Source: a virus
Taxonomy: Duplodnaviria; Caudoviricetes
Direction: 5' to 3' (one strand)
DNA: 55,073 bases
Virus record (IMG/VR): IMGVR_UViG_3300042469_000249
Location: 1-55,073 of that record
Shown: positions 45,788-52,978 of the stretch, in pieces
Layout of the letters: every line of letters begins with the position of its first letter
Position numbering within the stretch: the stretch's first letter is position 1
Translations under genes and position numbers: made by a program
Notes under the pieces: generated by a model
What the model saw: the letters and a program-made list of their open reading frames with translations, nothing else
Told to the model about the DNA's origin: nothing
Databases searched by the model: none

Positions 45788-47254
45788 TTACGCTACGCTC
45801 CTTACTTCTACTGCGATTAGTTCTGCATCTCCAATCATGGTATCTGATGCACTTGTTGCATTACGAGTTACTTTTAATCGGAATCCATCACCAGACACAA
45901 TAGAATCAATAGTTGTTAATGTTATTTCTGTATAGTTTGGAACTCCACTTGTTACATTTGTTGTGGCCGTTAAACTTTCTGCTGTATCAAATGAATCAGT
46001 ATCAATATCTGTAGTCATTTTTTCTAAAGCGGTTTGCCACACACAATTTCCTGTTGTTGCAGTTGTAGCTGTCCAAATCAAAAGAATTTTTAATCCACTC
46101 CCAAGTAATACCGCTTCTGAAATTACATTAAGAAATATTGCGTTTTCATTGGTAGTATCATCGAAATCTAATACAGCAATGCTATTACGGGTATCCAATG
46201 TTGCAAAATCTGTAGCAGGTGGTTGGTTCTCGCGTGGAGTGAAACGAGAAATAGTTTTTGTTCCTAATGCCGAATTGGTCAACGTGCCAGCAGTAAGCGA
46301 TAAACCTGTTCCAATCGTTATTTGTTCCGCAACTCCAGTTCCTACCGTCGATCTACCAAGTAAACGGTTTGTCGTCATGCTGGTTGAGATTGTTGGGGTC
46401 GCTCCACCAGAACTTGTAATTGGCGAGGTTGCTGCTACCGAAGTAACTGCTGCTGTTGTTTGAACTGTATTGTCGTTAAATTTAACTCCAGTTGAAGCAA
46501 GAACCAATTGACCACTCATCGTGTCACCAGTTTTTAAAACATAAGCAGAAAGGTCTACAGAAGGAAGGGAAGTAGTAGTTTGAGCAACATTTGCATCTTC
46601 AAAATGCATTGTCATTGTTCTACCAGTAAGATCAAGTGCGTAAAATTTAACTACAAGTCGATCTGTAGCTAAAACAATTGTCGCAGGGACTGGAATGCTC
46701 CACAAATACAATTCATTGAGAGTTCCAGAAGTAATTGGATGTGGATTAGAAACATTTGTTGCAATTAGCGTTTCTGTTCCAGCAAGATTGCGAACATAAA
46801 TTTCACCATAAATTTTAGGTGTTCCACCATTGGAACTCATAGAAACATAATTTTCAAAATTCCAGTTACCTGATGGGATCGTTGTAACATTTGGATCATT
46901 TAAAACTGTTGCAAATGACCCTACTAATTGTGTGCCTGCACCAGTAGCCGTGAGCGTAGTCCCCGCGCCAATTACCAAGTTTTTAGACATCTCATAGTAT
47001 CCAGAGATACTTGATGCATTTGAGCGATTGAAATAATATATTGCGCCAAAAGCACCGCCTCCACCTCCACCACCACCTCCAGTTATTCCTTGAATGGCGC
47101 GGAGAATTTCAAGCCTTTGAATATCCTCGGTTGCGTCTTTGAAGCAATCAGCAGTTAGCGGGCTAACATATGTTCCCTGCTCTTCTGCCGCTTGTAGAAT
47201 AGCGAGTCTTTGCAAATCGCTTGTTGCATCTAAAAACTGAGGATCAGTAAGCAT
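45788..47254 (-). CDS. Fibre protein
   Basis: N-terminal repeat, poly-Gly linker, YVLKTGDTMSG motif; C-terminal domain shared with 43126-44106. Confidence 0.7.
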   Translation of the reverse strand: MLTDPQFLDATSDLQRLAILQAAEEQGTYVSPLTADCFKDATEDIQRLEILRAIQGITGGGGGGGGGAFGAIYYFNRSNASSISGYYEMSKNLVIGAGTTLTATGAGTQLVGSFATVLNDPNVTTIPSGNWNFENYVSMSSNGGTPKIYGEIYVRNLAGTETLIATNVSNPHPITSGTLNELYLWSIPVPATIVLATDRLVVKFYALDLTGRTMTMHFEDANVAQTTTSLPSVDLSAYVLKTGDTMSGQLVLASTGVKFNDNTVQTTAAVTSVAATSPITSSGGATPTISTSMTTNRLLGRSTVGTGVAEQITIGTGLSLTAGTLTNSALGTKTISRFTPRENQPPATDFATLDTRNSIAVLDFDDTTNENAIFLNVISEAVLLGSGLKILLIWTATTATTGNCVWQTALEKMTTDIDTDSFDTAESLTATTNVTSGVPNYTEITLTTIDSIVSGDGFRLKVTRNATSASDTMIGDAELIAVEVRSVA

Positions 47255-47276
47255 AATATTTTATCGTTAACGATAA

Positions 47277-47548
47277 TTACAAAACTGGGGTAATAGCAGC
47301 AGCGAGTGCTTCATTAAGAAGAAAAAGTTGCTGGTCTTCGGTATCTTGCACAAAGCAATTTTCTGTTACTGGTGTCAATCCAGCGATGAGTGCAAATCCA
47401 AGATAGAATTGATAGAGTCTTGATGCGTCACTTGCAGAGTCAAAACATCCAAAAGATACTGGATCAGTCAATGGCGTGATTGCAGAAAAAATTGTTTGAA
47501 GCAGTGGGTAGAACTTATTGCGGTAAGGAAGATCGGTAAAGCAGGCCA
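47277..47548 (-). CDS. Small structural protein with three CF repeats
   Basis: Probable start MACFTDLP; CFTD, CFDS, CFVQ. Confidence 0.55.
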
Positions 47549-47603
47549 TAATTAGAAAATGGTATGGGTGAGGAAGGATAGACTTCCCCACCCAAAAGTT
47601 AGG

Positions 47604-48218
47604 TTAGTAGTAGATGCCTACAACGTAAGCATTAACATAGAGCGCACCAACGCGCCCTGCGGTATCAGCACCAGAAACAACATCAGCACCAGCGTTTGCA
47701 TAGGTGAAGGTGGTTGAATCAACAACAGTAACTTCAGCCTGCACATCATTGAATGTGCTGTCAGTCATGCTGGCAATCGTGATCGTGTCACCCGTGGAAA
47801 AACCATGGGCAGCACCAGTCACAATCGTAGCCACACCAGAGGTGCGAGCGCGAGTTGCGGTAGCTTGACCAAGACCAACAGTGGATTTCAACAAACGAAG
47901 TTTGCTGGAACCAGTGATAACATAAGGATTGGCGGCAATCGCAAGAGGATTGTAGCGTCCTTGGTTATCAAGAGCGTCAGTGATAGTAAGCGAAGCTGTG
48001 ATGTTTTGGCCAGTGGTTCCGTTGTCCACGATCACAATTGGATCAGTGGCAGTGGTTCCGCGAGCGTAGGCAGTCTCCAGCACGATGCTTGTTGGAAAGA
48101 ACTTAGTCTCTTGGTCGTTGAGAACCAAAAGATCAGCATCTCCAGCAGCGAGAAGGTTAACGGCAATCGGGCCAAAAAGGTTAACCCGATCATAAGCGAG
48201 TGGTCGTTTATTAGACAT
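47604..48218 (-). CDS. Capsid decoration / minor capsid protein
   Basis: Directly after the capsid gene; Thr/Ala-rich beta protein with AHGFSTGDTITI insert. Confidence 0.55.
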   Translation of the reverse strand: MSNKRPLAYDRVNLFGPIAVNLLAAGDADLLVLNDQETKFFPTSIVLETAYARGTTATDPIVIVDNGTTGQNITASLTITDALDNQGRYNPLAIAANPYVITGSSKLRLLKSTVGLGQATATRARTSGVATIVTGAAHGFSTGDTITIASMTDSTFNDVQAEVTVVDSTTFTYANAGADVVSGADTAGRVGALYVNAYVVGIYY

Positions 48219-48237
48219 ATATTTTTATTTAAGGTTG

Positions 48238-48267
48238 TGGGGAGAGGCTTGAATAAGCCCCCCCCCT
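48238..48267 (-). terminator. Stem-loop after the major capsid gene
   Basis: Minus strand GGGGGGGGCTT-ATTC-AAGCCTCTCCCC; no clear U-tail, so it may be a stabilising hairpin. Confidence 0.45.
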
Positions 48268-48274
48268 ATTTAAC

Positions 48275-49687
48275 TTAGGCGGGCACAACGATGTCACCCA
48301 CACCAGCGCAGCTATAGCAATCCTGATTGTTCTCAGGAACGATGTAGCTCTGAACTGGGCAGCAGGAACCATAGAGGTTTTTGCTCTTAGGCAGACGATG
48401 CAAGAACGAGTGCATGATGGTTGGGTCTTTGACCTGTGCGGCAAGACGGAACTGGGCCTGATAGAAGCCCGATTTACGCCAACGGTTGCACTCCCAATCT
48501 GGATTCTTCCACTCCCAATCGCCAGCGTAGTTCTGGGTCATTTGTTGAGCTTCGCCATATCCAGTCGAGGATGGCATTGTCCACTTGCACATGGCCTTGT
48601 TTACCATAGCAACCGAGATACCGAAGTCGGCATTGCGGTAAGCTTTGTTTGGAACGTAGGCACATCCGTTTTCAAGGACGGTCTTGACATAACGGGGAAC
48701 GCGAACGAGACGCGCCCATGTTGCGGGATCAGCTTCGTTGAACGGAGCGAGGCCAGCATTGAAGGCGGTGTCAGCGTTGAAACGGGCCGAGTTGATGTCG
48801 TATCCGAAGGCGTAGTCGCCGATGATGCGGTTGATGCCGAGCTTCAGACGAGTAAGACGCTCATCGAAGTCGGTGTTTGCATCCCAGTAACCATTGTTAC
48901 GCTTGGCTTGGAAGTAAAGCGCACGGCCAACTTGAGGATCAGGGATAACGATGTCGAGCAAAGGCTGACCAGTCGCGTCTTGGAGATCAAGGCGGAAAGC
49001 GTCATCTTCGTCTTGGAGGTCAACGAGTGCATCGTCAAGCATATCAAGCGAGAGATAAGCAATCTTGTTGAGGTCAGCAGGAGCGAGCTTAACGCGAAGA
49101 GCGCAAAGATCGTAACCAGCTTCGTTGTTGACGGTATGCTCTGGAACGAACCAAGCAGAATCATCAACCAGACCGCAGTAAGTGCCGTCATCCGTAGTGA
49201 TGCCCATCCACTTGTGGCCGGAACCACCGATGTAGTTGGAACGAAGGAACTCTTCGTGGACATTCTTGGTGATGCGAGCATTCGACTCCTCGAACTGAAG
49301 AATCTCTTCAGCAGGGAAAAGGCGATAGAGAAGGCTCTCAACGCAAATCCAGTCAGTGGTCATCTCTTTACGGAGAAGCTCGAAAGTGTAGCTCTCAGTG
49401 CCGGGACGCTGAATGACTTCTGGTTTGCTGTCGCAAGAATCAGTCTCGCAATAGGTGTCGTTGATTGCACGGAAAGGTGTGCAGGGATCGTGGAATCCAC
49501 GGCCAAAGCGGAAAGCTTTTTGCTCGGTGGTGTGGTTGAGGGGCCATGCTTGCTCCTCGAAACGTGTGAAGTATGCACTGTTAGTAACAAGCTTCTTAAC
49601 GTAGAGGTCGTTGAAATACTCACGGCCCTCGCGGAAGAAACTGTCAATCTCAGCACATGAATTGAAATACAATTGATCTGATGCCAT
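48275..49687 (-). CDS. Major capsid protein
   Basis: 470 aa downstream of the scaffold; strong C-ending codon bias; own promoter and long AC-rich leader. Confidence 0.75.
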   Translation of the reverse strand: MASDQLYFNSCAEIDSFFREGREYFNDLYVKKLVTNSAYFTRFEEQAWPLNHTTEQKAFRFGRGFHDPCTPFRAINDTYCETDSCDSKPEVIQRPGTESYTFELLRKEMTTDWICVESLLYRLFPAEEILQFEESNARITKNVHEEFLRSNYIGGSGHKWMGITTDDGTYCGLVDDSAWFVPEHTVNNEAGYDLCALRVKLAPADLNKIAYLSLDMLDDALVDLQDEDDAFRLDLQDATGQPLLDIVIPDPQVGRALYFQAKRNNGYWDANTDFDERLTRLKLGINRIIGDYAFGYDINSARFNADTAFNAGLAPFNEADPATWARLVRVPRYVKTVLENGCAYVPNKAYRNADFGISVAMVNKAMCKWTMPSSTGYGEAQQMTQNYAGDWEWKNPDWECNRWRKSGFYQAQFRLAAQVKDPTIMHSFLHRLPKSKNLYGSCCPVQSYIVPENNQDCYSCAGVGDIVVPA

Positions 49688-49724
49688 AATGATTGGTTTT
49701 GTTTGGTTTTAGTTGGTTTGGTTT

Positions 49725-49920
49725 AGTTATGCACTCCATGACAAATCCGAAGATAGCCAAAGCGAGTGCTTGGTTTTCTTCGGCTGGAGTCAACCCCGAA
49801 ACCTTCTTGAGAAGGCAGTCCAGAATAGAATTTTAATTAGAGAATCTACAACTCTAAGGCCGGGTTCGCCTACGCACTAATTTTATCGTAAACGATAATT
49901 TCGTCTATCCCGATGCGACG
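49725..49920 (-). promoter_or_regulatory. Structured 5' leader of the capsid gene
   Basis: Helices AACCCG/CGGGGTT, TTAGAG/CTCTAA, GCCTTCT/AGAAGGT, ACTCCA/TGGAGT, CCGAAGA/TCTTCGG; contains palindrome 49883-49898. Confidence 0.5.
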
Positions 49921-49958
49921 AAAATATGCGAGGTGTAATATATGTCAAGAGTTTTTTT
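49918..49958 (-). promoter_or_regulatory. Sigma70-like capsid promoter (TTGACA-16-TATTTT)
   Basis: Same extended motif as the portal promoter. Confidence 0.6.
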
Positions 49959-50565
49959 CAGACCAAACAAATATTTTTTTGTTATGCTTTTTACGATTAA
50001 TTGATCTTGGTATTACTTGCAGATTACTTGGAGCATGGATTCCTCCAAGTGAGATTGGGTTTATATGATCTACTTCAAATGGAATTCCAATTATTTTAGA
50101 TAATCTTTGAGCTTGTTCAAAAAGTGAGGAGATTATCATTTTTGATTCATTTGAAAGGTCTGGAGTTTGAGCAACTTTTTTAGTTCTGTATTTCGCAAGC
50201 AACCCACTCATTCTTGCCCAGTTTTTTTCTCTCCATTTTTTATTTGCTAATGCAACTCTATCCTTATGGTTTTTGTAGTAATTCCTAAAGTATTCTTTTA
50301 TTTTTTCCTTGTTTCTTTCTCTCCCTGCTTTTGCAACTAATAGGTATTCTTCTCTATTATTTTTCCTTCTTTCTTTTCTTTGAAGACTTCTTTTTTCTCT
50401 ATTTTCATCATAATTTTTTTTTGTAGTATTTTGTCTTTTCTTATATAGGTCATTGAATTTTTCTGGTGTTACCCAATATTCATTGTTTGGATAGCATTTC
50501 CCATAAGCCCAAAACACTAATCCATTAGAATTAACTGCACCTCTTTTATGTTTTATCGTTTCCAT
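49945..50565 (-). mobile_element. Freestanding HNH homing endonuclease gene
   Basis: EVDHINPISLGGIHAPSNLQVI...N; K/R/E-rich helical region; very AT-rich; between scaffold and capsid. Confidence 0.8.
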
Positions 50566-50604
50566 TCCAACAATGATAATGAGCGACAATTTATAATCAA
50601 GCAA

Positions 50605-50654
50605 CTTTTTTTAAAAAAAGTAAGGGGGGAGGTAAGACAAATTTACCTCCCCCC
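50605..50654 (-). terminator. Intrinsic terminator after the scaffold gene
   Basis: GGGGGGAGGTAA/TTACCTCCCCCC stem followed by a T-run on the minus strand. Confidence 0.7.
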
Positions 50655-50681
50655 ATGACAACCAGAATTAGGAATGATGGG

Positions 50682-51968
50682 CTATGCAGTCAAACGATTT
50701 TGCGGCGAGAATCTTGCGATTTTCGCGGCCAGTCCCTCTGTCATACTCACTCTTGGTTTCTGGGAATCCGATGCACTTGGCGATGAAGAAATGCGAGATG
50801 ATCCTTTAAGCTGTGCTATGTAAGCATCTTTTTCTTTTACCATCTCTTGGTATGCCTTGAGTTGTGCTTGAATCTTTTGATATGCGCGGCCTTGGTGGAT
50901 TAGGCGGTTCATATCTTCAACTGATGCCTGCTCATTACTTTGCTGAGTAGCAGCAAGCGCGATGGCTTCGTCGCGGGAAAGGTCAAAGTTAATTCCTTTT
51001 TCCTTCATGTATTCCGCAACATTATCTGGAACTGATGTGGCATTATCAATTTCCTGCTGAGTATTCTTGTAGCTTTCGCGCCATTGATTCAAATACTTAT
51101 TCCGGCCTTCTTGCTCTTTCTGTTTAGCGGTTTGCAGTATATTCTGCTTGGTTTCTTCAAAGTTGACAAGAGCTGCGTGATGTCCCTGAGTTGCTTTGAT
51201 AAAGCTGTTGACTTGCTCCGCGAACTGGTATTGTTTGAATTGCGAAAGCGAGTTTGTGATTTCTTCAAACGCTTGATCTCGATCTGTTTCTGCTGCTCTA
51301 CGATCTTCTTCGGATGTCGAATTAAAGATGGAGGCGTTTGCATTGACAGCACGGGAGAAGGTTGAAAGAAGCGTTGGATCATTCGATAGCAACTGCCTCG
51401 CAGTGTCGTATGTATTCTTGATCGGATCGAGGTAAGTCTTCTTGAAGTCTGGATTGCTTGTAATATCGTGGAAATCCAACTTGCCCCTGAGTTCTTTGAT
51501 TTGCTCTGATAGTTGTTGCTCAACTTCAACTTTCTCTTGGTTGGCTTTGTTGAGTTGTTCTTGGTAATGATTCGCTTCTTTGGTCGATGTTGACTCGGTG
51601 ACCATTCGCTCAAGCTCTTGGATTTTGGTTTCAAACTTGGGGATTTCATCCTTTTTGTATTTCTCAAGTTCTTCTTTGAGCTTGCGGTTTTCTTCGATTT
51701 GACGTTCAACAAATCCTTTTTTCTTGCCTGTTCGGTCTGAAGTAATTTCAGACTCAGTAACTCCCATTGCTTCTTCTGGTGGTTCTTCTTCATTGAATTT
51801 TTTCATTCCAAGATTAGGGTCGCCCATGTTGGTGGCACTCGGCTTGCCATCATCAGTTTGTTGTTTACTGAACTTCTTGAGGAAGTCAGATGTATTACCC
51901 TTAATCGCAACTTGAGGTTTAGCCTTCAGTTCTTTGATTACTTCTGCTGTGTTGTTTGTATCTGCCAT
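50682..51968 (-). CDS. Capsid scaffolding protein
   Basis: Charged coiled-coil protein between portal and capsid genes. Confidence 0.7.
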   Translation of the reverse strand: MADTNNTAEVIKELKAKPQVAIKGNTSDFLKKFSKQQTDDGKPSATNMGDPNLGMKKFNEEEPPEEAMGVTESEITSDRTGKKKGFVERQIEENRKLKEELEKYKKDEIPKFETKIQELERMVTESTSTKEANHYQEQLNKANQEKVEVEQQLSEQIKELRGKLDFHDITSNPDFKKTYLDPIKNTYDTARQLLSNDPTLLSTFSRAVNANASIFNSTSEEDRRAAETDRDQAFEEITNSLSQFKQYQFAEQVNSFIKATQGHHAALVNFEETKQNILQTAKQKEQEGRNKYLNQWRESYKNTQQEIDNATSVPDNVAEYMKEKGINFDLSRDEAIALAATQQSNEQASVEDMNRLIHQGRAYQKIQAQLKAYQEMVKEKDAYIAQLKGSSRISSSPSASDSQKPRVSMTEGLAAKIARFSPQNRLTA

Positions 51969-51971
51969 AAA

Positions 51972-52217
51972 TTAGATTTCGTCAAGGTCTGGATCAATCG
52001 TGCTATCCGCTGGCTCTTTATGCTTTGCAGTAGCTCTTGCTTTTTTGAATGCTCCTTGCTCTTCTGTTCCAATAGCGTCAATAGCTTTGATTGCATGGAT
52101 GAGTGTGGTTACTCCTTCTGGTGGGTTTACATTAAGTAGCAAATATGCTTGTAGTTTGTTCCAGTCTTCGTGTGATGTTATCGCCGCGCATAGGGATTTT
52201 ACTTTTTCTGTTGTCAT
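51972..52217 (-). CDS. Small hypothetical protein
   Basis: 81 aa; conserved in both terminal copies. Confidence 0.75.
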   Translation of the reverse strand: MTTEKVKSLCAAITSHEDWNKLQAYLLLNVNPPEGVTTLIHAIKAIDAIGTEEQGAFKKARATAKHKEPADSTIDPDLDEI

Positions 52218-52978
52218 TCTTTTGGTAGTTGTGTTTTAAGCCAGTCAGCCCAACGCTTTTGCATTGGGGTTATTGTTCCCGCCGATTCATCTCCTGTAAG
52301 GATACGAGCTAATACGCTTTGCTTTAGCGGAGTCTTGTCTTGAATCTTTCCGTATTGAGTTCCAGCAAATGCTTTTTCTTGTTCTGGAGTAAGGTTAAAT
52401 TTTGGTATGATGTTTTTTTCATCAATAAAGTTCCTAATAGCTTCGTTTTTAGCTACTGCCATTTGTTGTTCATTACTCAAGTTGCTAAAAGGATTTAGAA
52501 CAATTGAACGAGGAACATCTGTTGATGAATCATTTTTTCCTGCACCCCATTGCATTCCTGTTGTTTGTGGATTTTCCTTAAACCACTTCAAAAGGTCTTC
52601 ATCAGGTTCTACAATTGGATAACCTAAAATTGATCGCGTTGTTTTTCTTGCTTCTTTAGGAGATTCATCAGGTTGAGCAAAGAAAGGTAATTTTTTAGAT
52701 TCTCTTTCTTTTGCAAATTCAACCGCTTTTCGTGTAATAGATTTATTTAAATCTGGATTTACAGAATTTAGTTTATCTGCTGGAGTAGAAAGTAGATATT
52801 TTAATTCATTATCATCCAAAGTTGGAACCATCGTTGGGATAAGTTTTTCTCCGCTACCCCAGTCGATTCCAATAGATAATTCTGTAGAAACATCTTTAGG
52901 ATTATCAAGTCTTGGAATTGCACCAAGGAATCCTGTTCCTTTTACTGTATTATCTGGCCGAAGATTGTTTGCGTTCAT
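52214..52978 (-). CDS. Hypothetical protein downstream of portal (long allele, 254 aa)
   Basis: Homolog of 179-766 with a net 59-aa extra internal segment. Confidence 0.8.
   Translation of the reverse strand: MNANNLRPDNTVKGTGFLGAIPRLDNPKDVSTELSIGIDWGSGEKLIPTMVPTLDDNELKYLLSTPADKLNSVNPDLNKSITRKAVEFAKERESKKLPFFAQPDESPKEARKTTRSILGYPIVEPDEDLLKWFKENPQTTGMQWGAGKNDSSTDVPRSIVLNPFSNLSNEQQMAVAKNEAIRNFIDEKNIIPKFNLTPEQEKAFAGTQYGKIQDKTPLKQSVLARILTGDESAGTITPMQKRWADWLKTQLPKE

Larger units (their letters stand above)
3268..49898. repeat. Dispersed palindrome TTATCG-KWWM-CGATAA (18 sites)
   Basis: 16-mers start at 3268, 5427, 7057, 8746, 11847, 13134, 15379, 17172, 19194, 20943, 22647, 26260, 27138, 31975, 34478, 40966, 47261, 49883. 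Confidence 0.9.

Noticed and set aside
43126-47254. Diversity-generating retroelement (TR/VR pair) in the duplicated fibre domains
   Set aside because: No reverse transcriptase; differences are general synonymous divergence, not adenine-specific
48398-49660. 420-aa plus-strand ORF
   Set aside because: Antisense shadow of the codon-biased capsid gene; no motifs or start signals
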